Assembly (NCBI RefSeq): GCF_009914755.1
Contig: NC_060945.1
Source: the human T2T-CHM13v2.0 reference genome, Homo sapiens
Reading direction: 5' to 3' (one strand)
DNA length: 64,000 bases
Made by a program: the position numbers and the translations under genes. The notes under the pieces were generated by a model, which worked only from the letters and a program-made list of their open reading frames with translations, did no database searches and was not told the origin of the DNA. Positions 28,255 through 45,318 of the stretch are shown piece after piece. Numbering within the stretch: position 1 is the stretch's first letter; every line of letters starts with the position of its first letter.

Positions 28255-28400
28255 AGGGTGGGTGGGTTTCATGAGCTTGCATCCTATGCAATCACAATGG
28301 CCTCATGCTTAGAAGAACCCTGTGAATGGTCTTAGGTTATGCTATCACTGTCGTGAAATTCTTGCTAACTTTTGGACAAAGGGTTCCTACATTTTCTTTT
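28255..28400. mobile_element. MER91A-like hAT MITE fragment
   Basis: tttcatgagcttgcatcctatgcaatcac...gaaattcttgctaacttttggacaaaggg. Confidence 0.65.
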
Positions 28401-30193
28401 GGTGCTGCCTTTGCTTACTGGTTTAGAATTAATCAAGAGGTTTTGGCTGCTGAAAGTGGCAAGTACAAAGCACTTAGGTAAAGTGAATAAATCTCCAATT
28501 TTCTGAATTAGCAGCTTATAGGCTATGTCCCAGAAAATTGTATTGCAAACTTTTGTTTCAGCAGAACTCCACCACATTTTTATTTTCTTCTAGTGAAATG
28601 TTATGCAGAAGCCCAACCTTTGAAGCCAGTAAAAGTGAAGCTGATGTGGTTCGAGTGCAGTTGTGAGGAGAGAAAGGTCCAAGGTTCTCTCGGCATAGAG
28701 TTGAGGAGGGTGGTTGGGGACAGTGAGTTAACATTAAAGAACCTTAATATGAGGCAAAACACAGTGTGAAAGCAATAATGATCAACAAAGGGTATTGGAA
28801 TAATTGTAGGGAAGTGTAGGCTTATTAATATTCAGAATCAAAGCACTTTATCTAAAGGACTAACGAAACACCTGAATTGAACAGGGCTTAAAAAAGATAC
28901 TATTCTTGGGTGCTTGATATAAAAGGATACAGAAAAGTCTTTTCAGAGGCTTACAATATAGTGAGTGTTAGAACTGTAAATCTCACGTAACTTTTGTCTT
29001 TCCATCTGAATGTACAGTAGAACAGATTGTAAAGTGCACAATTATATGATATACAAACTCTAAAACATTGTCATGGTAGTTTTGAATTTCTTGAGGAAAT
29101 ATGACATATACCTGAATATCAGCTTTCAGACTATTGCTCTGACCTTTTGCCCAGTTGTTTAAAATTTTCTCATTAGAACTGGGTGTATAATACAGGTCTG
29201 TTTCCCTTTATTGGAATTAGAAATAGCTCAGACACAATGCCATTAACAGGAGATCAACAGGCTATTCCATCAAGAATGGACTTAGAATATTGGTAAACAT
29301 TGCTCAGAATCCAAATTGAGCTGTAGACTCAGTATCTTATTATGTAAGTGCAAGGTGTGAATTTTATGTGCTGAAGCCATGTCAAGCACTATTAAACTGA
29401 CAAGGGTATAAAGAAGAAACAATACAGACCTCTTGGAAACTCTCATTATCAACAGGCGATTAGAGGTGTGTAGTTTCAACAGAGAGAGACGGAGGAATTC
29501 TTGAATGCTGTTCAACAATCAATATTCTAAGTCTACATGTTTTTTAGGAAAACACAAAACAGTGATTCTTTTTTAATATGCTCATCAGCTTGGTTATCAA
29601 AGTCATATTTCAACATTGCCTGTGCTCATTAAATTTGTACTTGAATATAAATGTTTGAATATACATTTTTATGTGGAAAAAAGTCTTGAAATGAATCTAA
29701 AGTGGTTTCAAGGACACATTTCACAGTTCATAATTTACCAACTAAAGATATGACATTTTGATGGTCCCTCAAATCTGTTTCTCAGGACACCCATTGCGCT
29801 TTTAAAGTGGTGTTGTGTCTTAATGCCTCAGTCACACCTGAGATGACTGGCTGGGTTTCTTGAGTGATAGAAATGATAACAATTACACCAGTTTCCCTAA
29901 AAGCCAACTTCAGTAACTTTGATGGCCCTGATATTTTTGTCTGTGGGAGCAATTACTGACCAGCTAAATGCTGCTGTCCACAAAAAAATTGTAAATTGTG
30001 TCCTATAGAAGTATTTAGAAAATACTATTTGAACCAATGTGACAGTTAAGGTTCTCATCTTGCTCTGAGAAATATTGGACCTTATTTTATCCTTTGACAG
30101 TAAGCTATCTTACTGTCAAGGTTAGTCCAGCAATATAGTCTACTGTTCAATATTTATTTTTCCTTATTTTATCTTATTTTTAAATCTTACTTA

Positions 30194-30475
30194 TTTTTTT
30201 TTGAGACGGAGTTTCACTCTGTCACCCAGGCTGGGGTGCAGTGGTGGGATCTCAGCTTACTATAACCTGCGCCTCCCGGGTTCAAGTGATTCTCCTGCCT
30301 CAGACTCCCGAGTAGCTGAGATTACATGAGTGAACCATGATGCCTGGCTAATTTTTGTATTTTTAGTAGAGATGGGGTTTCACCATGTTGGCCATGCTAG
30401 TCTCCAACTCCTTACCTCAAGTGATCCCCCGCCTCGGCCACCCAAAGTGCTAGAATTGAGCCACCGCCCCCGGTC
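30194..30475 (-). mobile_element. Alu (AluSx/Sz-type)
   Basis: Full antisense Alu; tatttttccttatttt and tattttttcttatttt flanks. Confidence 0.95.
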
Positions 30476-32079
30476 TATTTTTTCTTATTTTAAATAGATA
30501 AATATTTGGAATAAAAAAGATAAGTGTCCAACTGAAGGATAAAATAATCCAGTAGCAGAGGCTTGAATACCAGAAAATTAAATGACAAAAAAGGCTATCT
30601 CTAGACATATTCAAAGTCAAATTCAAAGCCAGAGTGAAGGTCACCCAGAGGCTGCGTTTGGTATCAGAGCTGATGTTTGTTTAGGTGAAGTTTGTTTAGG
30701 TGAATCTCTCTTTCATATTGCAATAGTTTTAAATAGAGTCTTCCTTGTCTGTTTAAATCTGTCCAGTACAATTTTTCTTAGACTATTGATAACTAAGTGT
30801 TGCTTGGCATGTTAAAAAGGAGGCCTTAGGTATGCTGCCGTGGGGAGGTGCTGGGCAAAGAGTGATAGGTTAATGCTGCTGGTGGTGAGATTTAACCACT
30901 TGTTAGCTTTGTTCACTATGCATGCACCACACATATCACTAATGGTGATCCTGGCAAGAACAAGAATACAAGTGGATTTCTACCAAAACATCTCCCATTA
31001 ATTTTCATGCAACTACTAACAACATTCCTTTATTAAAAAGTATAAAATCCAGGTTCAATGCTGGAGAAAAGTATAAATCAGAAGTGCTCCAGGAAAACTA
31101 CCTAGAGTAGAAAAGAAATCTTGGGGATGAGTAATTGTCTGTTACCTCCCAAATCTTGTAGTGTGGCCCACTGGCACGAAACTCAATTATCATCAAAAAT
31201 GTGATAAAAAAAGGTCACTAGAAATCAACAACCATACTGTCCTAAATCAGGTACCAATTAGTTCTACAAATTTAGTGCATTTTTTGTGTTGGAGTGGATG
31301 GTGATTGATGACAAGGCGTAAAGGTCGAAGGGGCTACCTTTGATATGTATTAGTTGTTTTCTAGAACATCATAACAGAAACACGTTTTCATTTCTCTTTG
31401 GCGGTTTCTATCTCTGTGTCCATGTTGGAAAAGAGAATAGAAGAGAAAAAAGGAGAGAAGACAGCTACCATATTTTATAGTTCTTTCTCAGCTTTCATTG
31501 GAAAGCTTACTGGCAAGTCAAGAGCATAGAAATACGAAATGAAAAAATAATAATGAGTAAAACATGTATTAGAGAATAATTAAGTATGATCTATCTGTTT
31601 AAAAATAATTTAAGACATCTTTATAAAATGCATAGTTCTTACTTCATGGATCAAAGAAAGGCAATGGAATGTTTCCACTCTCTCCCATTACTTTCAATCT
31701 GTTGTTGCATACATGTCATGCATCATTATTAGGTATGTGAAGCTCTTCCTTCTTTAAGTTACTTTATATCAAATATCGGCTTGATTATTAACATTTTAAA
31801 AATCTGTTTCATACAATCGGTGAATAGTTGAGAGTTGCAGTCTTATTTCCTAAGTATTTGCAAATATATTACATATAAAACTCCAGGAATTGGTTTAGTG
31901 GCGTTTTATAGGCAATTTTATCCTGTTCCTGGAGTGCAACTATAAGGTGTGCTGAGCTATTCCTACTAGGCAAGACAGTAGTTTCCAACATTGCCAGAAA
32001 GCTCTGAGCAGCAGTCAGTTTTATATGCCTATGTGTGTATGGAGGAACTGGAGAAGCCTTTGGGTATATATACACTTTA

Positions 32080-32183
32080 AGGAATCTTGAACTCTGAAGC
32101 CTGCCAGTCTACAACTGGGTTAAAATTCTGCATCAGCCACTTACCAGCTTCATGACTTTAGACAAATTAAAAAGTTACTTAAC
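32080..32183 (+). mobile_element. MIR, 5' part; resumes at about 33011-33170 after the L1 insertion
   Basis: ctgggttaaaattctgcatcagccacttaccagc...gttacttaac; resumes as acttaacctccgtaggcttcagtttcatc. Confidence 0.7.
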
Positions 32184-33010
32184 AGTAAGAACTCTCATTT
32201 ATTGCAGGCAATAATGCAAAATAGTATAGCCACTTTGGAAGACATTTTAGCAGTTCCTTACAAAACTAAACTTACTCTTGCCACACAACCCAGCAATCAC
32301 ACTACTTGATATTTACCTAAATCAATTAAAAACTTATAGCCACAGAAAAAAATCTGCTCAGAGATGTTTATAGCAGTTTCATTCATAATTGCCAACTATT
32401 TGAATCCACCAAGATGTCCTTCAGTAGGTGAATGTATAAATTCACTGTGGTACATTCAGAAATTGGGATATGATTCAATGCTGAAAAGAAATGAGCTATT
32501 AAGCCATGAAAAGATACAGAGGAATCTTAAATACATATTACTAAGTGAAAAAAGCCAATCTGAAAAAGCTCTATACTGTATGATTCCAACTATATGACAC
32601 TCTGGAAAAGGCCAAACTGTGGAGACAATAAAAAGATTAATGGTTGCCAAGGGTTTGGGGGAGGGAAGGATTGAAAATGCAGAACACAGAGGATGTTTAG
32701 GGCAGTGAAACTATATTCTGTATGATAGATACTGCAGTGGTGGACACATGCCATTACACATTTGTCCAAACCCATACAATGTGCAACACCGAGCAAGAGT
32801 GAACCTTCATGTAAATGATGGATAATGGGTGATAATAACATGTTAATTTAAGTTCATCAATTGCAACAAATATACCCCGGTGGTGGGAAGTGTTGATAGT
32901 GGGGGAAGATGTGGCTGTGTCGAGACAGGGGATATATGGGAACTTTCTGTACTTTCTGCTCAATTTTGCTGTGAATCTGAAACCTCTTTAAAGTTTACAA
33001 ATTTCAAAGC
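32184..33010 (+). mobile_element. L1MC 3' end inserted in MIR
   Basis: gccactttggaagaca...ctcaattttgctgtgaatctgaaac; TSD-like aaaagttacttaac / aaaatgacttaac. Confidence 0.85.
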
Positions 33011-33514
33011 AAAATGACTTAACCTCCGTAGGCTTCAGTTTCATCAAATTTAAATTGTAGGTAGTAATAGTATCTATTTCATAAAGTAGTTTTAAGACCA
33101 AATCAGTTTGAAGACATCGTTTGTATACAGCAGTGCTTATCACTTTACTCACATATTAGCAGTTATTAGAAAGAGGTTATAATTGAGATTTACAGTTATT
33201 AAAGCCTTTTTCATTTCTATGATCTTGATTGCCACCAAACACCCATGATTAACCTGTAAGGTAGACTGAATGGAAATCCTTAGGCCCTCTTTATATTGGG
33301 AAACAAAGGGTCAGCATTCAAATGAATTATGTAGGATCATAAGTCAGAATTGGAAATAGGTCTTGTGATTCCTAGAGCAATCATTTTTCCATTACGCACA
33401 TTTGTCTAAAGACACTCTTATACACTTAAAATTGTAGGCAACCCTCACCTTGCACAGTACCCTGTTAGGAGAAACCCATTAATGTCAGATCCATGCAAGG
33501 CAAGGAATAAGTAT

Positions 33515-33849
33515 ATTGAAGAACCCAAAGAACTTCTGTGTACCTGGTTTATATCTTTGGATGTTCACTGTATTACACATTTATATTAATATATGTAAAA
33601 CTCAAATAGATAAGCACACAGTCCATTAGTCCTCAAAATGATGACATCTTCATGCTATGAATCTCTGGAAGAAACCCACTGTATTCCTTTGAGAGAATAA
33701 GATTTAAAAAGACAAATAACATCTTGATATTATTATAAATTTATGCCCAAAAAAAGTCAAATTAAGGATGGTACGTTTGATCTCTTGGATGATAGGGAAG
33801 GGACTTGGAATACCCAGGGGTCCCCAGTCAACACTTTGAGAATGACTAC
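33515..33849. mobile_element. hAT-Charlie (Charlie1/MER119-like) fragment
   Basis: caaataacatcttgatattattat...ggggtccccagtcaacactttgagaatgact, resembling a Charlie terminus. Confidence 0.6.
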
Positions 33850-35049
33850 AATATATTATATGCCATGAGACCACCTTTATACAGGTTGCCCTCTACCCCG
33901 TCTTTCTAATCTGCTGCCTAACAGTCTCCCTGCCCTTTTGCAGTAGCTTTTCCACATTCTCCCAGTCATTTTTTAGCTTGATCATTAATTTCACACTAGA
34001 CAGATTCTGAGTCCCTGTCCTCTTCAGGTCCATTGAGACTTTTCCTGCAGGCATATTCTCCTCCAGAATTAAATGGGATGAAAATAGGCCATAGAATGTC
34101 AGAGCTTTCTGCCTGTACCAAACTCTCAGCTCAGTTCATGCGGAGCCGAGCCAGGGATGAGAAGCAGCAGCTCAGTTCTCAGCTGGAGCAGAGCCAGAGA
34201 ACCTTGAGCTGTGAGCTGGCTTCAGAAGCCACAGCCATGGCCCCGGACAAGCAGGAGAATGAGGTGTGGCTGCTTTGGATGTGACCAAGTGAATGAAAGT
34301 CACAGAGGACTGCGCCAGGCAGGGCAGGGTCCGAGCCAGATGAGATTGATCCAGATGACTCATGAATAATCAACAATATGGAGAAGCAGTGGTGGCTACT
34401 TAATGCAGTTTATATAATGTAATTTCCTTTGTTTTTAGAGCATCATGAATGTCGATGAAATGCCCTTTCATTTCACATTTAAGCTCTAAAATGTCACCAC
34501 AATTTCCAGTTTATTAGATGATGTGTTTCTTTAAAACATTTGGTTTTACAAATACCATGCTCTATTGTTGCATAAGGTCAGAATTATTTTCTGCCTGTTT
34601 ATATGCAGCTTTACCAACTAAATCAATTTTTGGTTTTTAGGAGCATGGAACCACAGTTAATAGGTTAGAATTTGTTGTACATAACATTTCTTCGTAACAG
34701 ATCCTTACACTGAATATGTGATGTTTACTGAAACATCTCATCATAGCCTTTCATGCACAAGATGGCATAAGATATGCTGATTGATTACTAAACATCCTTC
34801 CCTATAATTCTGCATTATCCACAAATGTTTATTGAACCCTTCTTTGGCATAGATAACTGAACTGGTAGCTACATATAAAAAGTAACTATAAAACGTAGCC
34901 TCCCATAAAGACTTAGGGTCTAGATGAGAAAACACATATGCATTCATAAACATACATGAGCAAACACAATGCATCCACAGTAATATAAGCTAAATGTTAA
35001 ATGTCAAATAACGTAAACCGGATATATAGAAGGGTAGAGGAGGGATCTA

Positions 35050-35550
35050 ATGATGGAAGTTTGTCTTTTGTCAGCTCAGTTTTCCTTTGGTAATGCACTT
35101 CATCATTCTTCATACCATTGTGATAAAATAAGATTAAAATGAACCTCAAAAACCAGTAGGGTGTTTACATGACTCCTGTCTGGTTAATCAGCATATTCTT
35201 CCCCTAGCCACACTGCCTCAAGTTGGACCAGTGAATAATCTGCTTTTTGATTTACCAGAACAATGTGGAAGGAACTATTTCTATGGGGGTTATAGGCTGG
35301 TAGGAGGAAATCATGAAAGTTCTCCTGGTCATATTTGTCTCTCAGTTACAAAAACCTTCTGAAAACAAAGTCAAGACTGAAAAAAGCAGGATTAAGAGGT
35401 ATAGAAGGAAGGATTCCTGGATCTAGCAATACTTGGAATCTCTTCCACTCCTGGTCTTTTCCAAGGATGTGAGCTGATAAAGCCCTTTTATTTGTAAGCT
35501 GTTTTAATTAGGTTTATAGCACCAGTAACTGTAAGGGTCCTAATTCACAC
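35050..35550 (+). mobile_element. Old MLT1 (J/K/L-type) LTR
   Basis: ggttaatcagcatattc...cctggatctagc...gtgagctgataaagccc...gggtcctaattcaca. Confidence 0.55.
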
Positions 35551-35656
35551 AGAGGCAATGATAACTTAAGGACTGCCATTCTCAAAACTTCTTCAAAGAA
35601 TGTTTTGAGCAGAGCCCTGAGTGCTGTTTAAAACTGTTAAAAGAAAAACTTCTACT

Positions 35657-36819
35657 GGCAGCTTTCATGTGCTGGCATTGAGTGTCTCTGGCTTTTCCAG
35701 GTACAGAGTGTAAGCTGTTGGTGGATCTACCATTCTAGGTTCTGAAGGACAGTGGCCCTCTTCTCACAGTTTCACTAGACAGTGCCCCAGTGTGGACTCT
35801 GCATGGGGGTACAGACCCCACACTTCCCTTCTGCATTGCCCTAGCAGAGATTCTCCATGAGGATTCCACCCCTGCAGGAAACTTCTGCCTGGATATCCAG
35901 GTGTTACCGTACATCCTCTGAAATCTAGTAGGAGGTTCCCAAAGCTCAATTCTTGACTTATGTGCACCCGCAGGCCCAACAACTTGTGTAAGCTGCCAAA
36001 GTCTTGGGGCTTGCACCCTCTGAAGCAATGCCTGAGCTGCATGTTGGCCCCTTTTAGCCATGGCTGGGATGCAGGGCAGGGCACAAAGCTCTGAGGCTGC
36101 ATAAAGCGCAAGGCCGTAGGCCCACTACACAAAACCAATTTTTCCTCCAGGTCTCTGGGCCTGTGATGGGAGAAGCTGCTGTGAAGATGTCTGACGTGTC
36201 CTGGAGACATTTTCCCCATTGTCTTGGTGATTAACACTTGGCTCCTCGTTACTTATGCATATTTCTGGAGCAGGCTTTAATTTTTCATCAGAAAATGAGT
36301 TTTTCTTTCCTATCACATCAACAAGCTGTAAACATTCCAAACTTTAATGCTCCGCTTCCCTTTTAAGTATAAGTTCCAATTCCAAACTATCTCTTTTTGG
36401 ATGCATAAAACTGAATGCTTTTAAGAGCACCGAGGTCATCTCCTGAATGCTTTGCTGCTTAGAAATTTCTTCTGCCCAATATTATATATCATCTCTCTCA
36501 AGTTCAAAGTTCTGCAGATCTCTAGGGCAAAGGCAAAATGCTGCCAGTCTCTTTGCTAAAGCATAACAAGAGTGAATCTTATTCCAGTTCCCAACAAGCT
36601 CTCCATCTCCATCTGAGATCACTTCAGCCTGGATTTCATTGTCCATATCACTATCGGCATTTTGGTGAAAGGCATTGAACAAGTCTCTAGCAAGTTCCAG
36701 AATTTCCCAGATCTTCCTGTCTTCTTTGAGCCCTCCAAACTGTTCTAAACTCTGCCTGTTATCCAGTTCCAATGTTGCTTCCACATTTTCAGGTATCTTA
36801 TAGCAGTGTTCCAGTACAT
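35657..36819 (-). mobile_element. THE1-int (MaLR internal), 3'-truncated
   Basis: Antisense THE1-int (ctgttggtggatctaccattct; ttccacattttcaggtatc); source of the ORFs at 35735-36784. Confidence 0.9.
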
Positions 36820-37195
36820 TGTGTTAGTCCATTCTCGTATTGCTTTGAGAAAATACCCAAGACTGGGTAAGTGGTGAAGGAAAAAGCTTTAATTGACTCA
36901 CAGTTCAGCATGGCTGGGAAGCCTCAGGAAACTTACAATCAAGGCAGAAGGGGAAATGGAAGCAAGACACCTTCTTCACAAGGTGGCAGAAAGGACAATG
37001 AATGCAGGAGGAACTACCAAACATTATAAAACCATCAGATTTTGTGAGAACTCACTCACTGTCACAAGAACAGCATGGGGATAACTGCCTCCATGATTTA
37101 ATTATCTCCACCTTGTATCTCCCTTGGCACATGGGAGTTATGGGGATTAAAATTCAAGATGAAATTTAGGGTGAGGACACAGCCAAACCATATAC
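36820..37195 (-). mobile_element. THE1D-type 5' LTR
   Basis: tgtgttagtccattctc...gaatgcaggaggaactaccaaac...ggacacagccaaaccata. Confidence 0.88.
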
Positions 37196-38010
37196 CCTTA
37201 TAAGCAATTGCTCAAATTTCCCTTTCAGCATTTCTTGTGTTTTAAAAAATATTATCTTAGTGAAAGTAACACATTTAAGTACATGAAAAGTATGTTACTA
37301 AAGCTTATGTGAAACTAGCTTTCTTCTGCCTGTTCTATTTTTGCTTCTCTCCACCAACACTTTCAGTACTAGAGAAAAATATTTTCAAGTCTTTCAGCTC
37401 TTCTTTCATATATTAGCTCTATGTTTTCAAATAATATGTTTATACTGTTCCTTTTTAAGTTTTCAACTTCAAATATATATAGTCTTCTTGTCAAATTAGT
37501 TGACAATATTAACCACCTACTTCCATTTTGCCTCAAATAGAATTTTGATTTTTGGTCAAATTATGAATTAGTATTTGCTTGAGCTGTGTAAATATTGAGA
37601 CTATGTTAATACTTCCACCAATGAGTCACATAGAACTAAAAAGAGGGGAGGCTATAATTATGATTCATTTTTTAGTTAAATAGGTTTTGCCCATCTTCTG
37701 CATCAAAACTGTCAAATTGTTTTTGGAAATACTATTTCCCAAATGCTCAAATGTGTCTGATAGCCTTCAATTTCCATTTTTCTTCTTGACTCTTCTGGCG
37801 CCACCTCCCCTGATTCCGTTTGCATTCTCAACTTCAAGCTGCCAGTTTTCATTCTTATGTTCAAGTTACCTGGCACCATACGTGCTGAACCTTCCTGGTA
37901 TTTGATGGGGCTTGTTTGCTCATAGATGATTTCTTCTTTAACTCTGCCATGTCAGCTACTGTATCTCTGTTGGATTAAAAAAAAATGTTGAAATCTCATT
38001 GGGGTTTGTA

Positions 38011-38516
38011 CAGTTGACCCCAGAGCAACATGGCTTGAATTGCACAGCTTCACTTATATAACGATTTTTTACAAAATATGTTTCACCGCGTGTGCCTACC
38101 TCTCCTGCTTCCACTTGCATCTCCTCCACCTCTTCCAGCTCTGCCATCCTTGAGAAGGCAAACCCAACCTATTCTTTCTCCTATTCCTCAGTCTACTTAC
38201 TCAATGTGAGGACAATAAAGAGGATGAAGACTTTTAAAACAATCGCTTCCACATCATGAATAGTCAATGTATTTTCTGTTTCTTATGATTTTTGTCATAC
38301 ATTTTATGTTCTCCGGCTTACTTTATTGTAAGAATACAGCATATTATAAATTTAACATACAAAATGTGTTAATAACTATTTATTTTATAGGTAAATCTTC
38401 CAGTGAATAATAGGCTATTAGTAGTTAAGTTTGTTGGGATTCAAATGTTTTATAGGGAATTTCGACTACACAGAGTATCTGCACCCCTACCCTTCACATT
38501 GTTAAAGGGTCAGCTG
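38011..38516. mobile_element. Tigger2a
   Basis: ta|cagttgaccc...gggtcagctg TIRs; gaggatgaagacttt...ctttattgtaagaatacag core. Confidence 0.88.
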
Positions 38517-38724
38517 CACCTATTAATTTACATTTTTCTTTAGCTTATTTTCTTTATTTTAATTTTCAATAGGAGACAAAATAATTGCATGTTGTTCATC
38601 TACCTAGATTTTCTGGAAAGTTTTCTATTCGTTTTAATTTCTGTGGTTCCTGTCATAGTATATTTGAATTTCATATTTCATATTCCCTTTGGATTTTTGG
38701 TTAAAATAACTTTTTAATTTAACA

Positions 38725-39023
<299 letters not shown>

Positions 39024-39029
39024 TTTAAT

Positions 39030-42170
<3,141 letters not shown>

Positions 42171-43090
42171 ATTTTAAATATTCTTTTTTTTAAGTCACTT
42201 TTTGGTGTTGAGTGGTGTTGAGTGTTGTTTCCAAACGGACTCACTTTTCCCCCTTAAAATCTTCCTTTGCATTCTCAAGAGTCTTAGCATTTTGTAAATG
42301 TTTTATTAAAGCATACAAAGAACTCAGAAATTATTTTTAGGCCCCTAAGTTTCTGCTCACAGATTTTAGTGACATCCCTGACTTGCTTCATAGTCACATA
42401 TAAGAATATATAAATCACTTTAAAACTGATTTTAGAATATTGCCTATGCTTTAAGAAGCTTCTTAAAATCAGTGGTCTACAAATATACACAGGTGTCTTG
42501 TTAAGTTAATCAGCATTTGTTCTTGAGAAACAGTCACCCAGGAGGCTGTGAGATATTGTAACTTTGGTGGTTGGAAATTTAGAACAGGAAAACTTTAGGA
42601 ATAATAAGTTTAAAATCATTTTGTATTCACCCTGGTGCTCCAACTTCACCGAATAGATCCATTGTCAATCAGTTAGAGATGGCAGCCCAGATTCCATAAA
42701 ATACATATTGATTTTACCCATAGACTTACCCTGGTCTGGGAATGCAAGTTTCAGATTAATGCTTCCATACTTTTTCTCTAAATTCCCTTTTAAATGGTAT
42801 TTGTCCCTCACAAGAAGAAAACAAAATCAAAACAAAAAAACCCTCATCACCAATTTAACTATTAAAAAATGGTTACAGATGTGTTGTTTATTTTTAGTTG
42901 TTAACTATGGTCTTTCATGTCTGTATTTAATGACAGAGCTCTGATTAATTTACTCTCAACAAGTATGCGTCTTATGTGTTTTTTTTTTCTATTTTGAGGT
43001 CTTTCAAGTGCTCTTGACAATAACATAAATTCTATCTGCCCATGTACATTGGAGCTCTATTATCATGGACTGTGAGTGTAAAAAGAGAAG

Positions 43091-43714
43091 CAGTAGATCC
43101 TCATTATATGCGGATTCAGTATTTGCAAATTTGTCAATTTCCTAAAATTATTTGCAGCCCCCAAATTGATACTTCCAGAGCTTTGATGATCATTCACAAA
43201 AATGCCCAGAACAGCAAAAAACTTGAGCCGTCCAAATTACACATTTTCAGCTAAGGTCAAATGTACCACTCTCTCACTGAATACATTTTTGTATTGAATT
43301 TTGTGCATGTTTTTTGTGCATGTTTTCTTCATTTTTTGTGCTTTCTGTTTTTGATTTTGCTGTTTAAAAATGTTCCCTAAGTATAATGCTGAAGTGCTGT
43401 CTAGGGTACGTAGGTGCAAGAAGACTACAATGTGATAGAGAAAATAATGTGTAACATGAGTTTCCTTCAGGCATGTGTTGTAGTGCTGTTGGTCTTGCAG
43501 TCAATGTTAATGAATTAGCAAGATATATTAAATAAGACCCCTTTAAATATAAACACACATAACACAAGGTGATGTAAAAGTTTGATGAAAATATTGTGAG
43601 CAGAATCTTGCAGCAACCTAACTCTGTATTTTCCTTAGGAGCAATGATTCTGTATTTGCTATACCAGTGTTGACAGTATAAAACATAACCACTGTGAATA
43701 ATAAGAATAGATTG
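43091..43714. mobile_element. MER82-like TcMar-Tigger element
   Basis: cagtagatcctcattatatgcggattcagtatttgc left TIR; gtgaataataagaatagattg|ta right TIR. Confidence 0.75.
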
Positions 43715-43785
43715 TATTTAAATATTACCTTTGTGGATGCCTATTCTATTATAATTTGGAAATCTTGTGGTGGAAGCTATTGTGG

Positions 43786-44083
43786 TTTTTGTTTTGTTTT
43801 GAGACAGGGTCTTACTTTGTCACCCAGTTGGGAGTGCAGTTGCACAGTCTCGGCTCACTGTATCCTCCACCTCCTAGGCTCAAGTGTTCCTCCTGCCTTC
43901 CCAGTCCCCCAAGTAGCAGAAACCACAGGTGTGCGCCACCATGCCTGGTTAATTTTTGTAGTTTTTGTAGAGAATGGGTCTCACCATGTTGCCCAGGCTG
44001 TTCTTGAACTCCTGACCTCAAGCCATCTGCCCTCCTCGGCCTCCCAAAGTGCTAGATTACAGGCATAAGCCACTGCACCTGGT
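43786..44083 (-). mobile_element. AluJ
   Basis: Antisense Alu (gagacagggtcttactttgtcaccc; catgttgcccaggctg). Confidence 0.93.
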
Positions 44084-45256
44084 GTGTGTTTTTTTTTTTT
44101 TTTCGCCATTTCAAATCAAAGTTGGATTAATGGGTTGCCCTCATCTAATTTTTATTGTTATTCTAAGATAAATATTAACTAAGTTGATTGTCTTATTTTC
44201 ATTTCTATTTGCTCACTTTTATAAGCCATAAAAAGAGAAAAAGACCAAGTTTTATGTTAAAATGAATCTGTTTTGTTCTTATTTACAGAATTGTGTATAT
44301 ACTTTTAAAATCATCCCATTAAATTGCTTTAAAACTGTTTCTCCTGGGTTTTTTAGTAATTATAATTATAGCAATATCTGAACCCTTAAATCCCAAATAG
44401 TATGTTGTTTACCTGCTTCAGTAAGGATTTCTGAGTTACTTCGCTGGTAAAATCAATTGAAACATTTCTTTTTCTTGAAAAATTCTATCATCTTTTTTTT
44501 AAGTGATATAGAAAGAAATATTGACCTTCGCTTTTAAAATACAAGATTATCAACCAACTATAATCCTTTACAAAAATAAGTGCGTTTCACTATCATGCCA
44601 TATGCAATAATCAAATGATAATTTCAGTTAAAATAAAACAAGCTATAACTGAATATTTCAAATTATTATCCCAAGCTTTGACTTTATTTTATTTTCTCAC
44701 TAAGAATTACAGCTTCAGCAAAATATACTACAGACTAGTACATGGATAATAAGTTAGTGATTTAGATAGTTACTTGGATTTTTTAAATATTTAACTCTAT
44801 GTATTTGTATACATTCAAATCAGAGTCTCTTTTTTGTTGTTGTTTAATGTTAATGCAAATGAGTTTTGCCAACTATAGGCCTTTGAGAACTAACCTTGTA
44901 GTTCCATTGTAGGTCCATTATCAATAATTAAGGTCCATTATCAATAATTAAGATAAGATTGACCTTTTCTTGCCTTTCATATTTCTATTTTGGTGCAAAA
45001 ATGACTCTTCTCCCATTACAAAAAAAATCTTTGCAGTTGCTGAAGCAGAACAATTACTTTATTTCCACTTCAGAGAAATTTCTTTTTTGGAGGTTGAAAC
45101 ACCTGCTATGCATACATTATGTAAAGAACATACCAATCATTTAGAATGAAAGTTTGAATATAAATGTCAGACATTACTGAAAACTGTTTCATAATGTGCT
45201 TATGCATCAATTTCATTGTTTTACTCTTTTATTGCTATAGAAGCAGGCAGATATAC

Positions 45257-45318
45257 GAGTGTGTGTATACATATATTTGTATACATATGTGTGTGTATTG
45301 TGTGTATGTAGGTGTGTA
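45257..45318. repeat. Imperfect (TG)/(TA) microsatellite
   Basis: gtgtgtgtatacatatatttgtatacatatgtgtgtgtattgtgtgtatgt. Confidence 0.7.

Noticed and set aside
43694-44068. 124-aa ORF
   Set aside because: Antisense Alu translation
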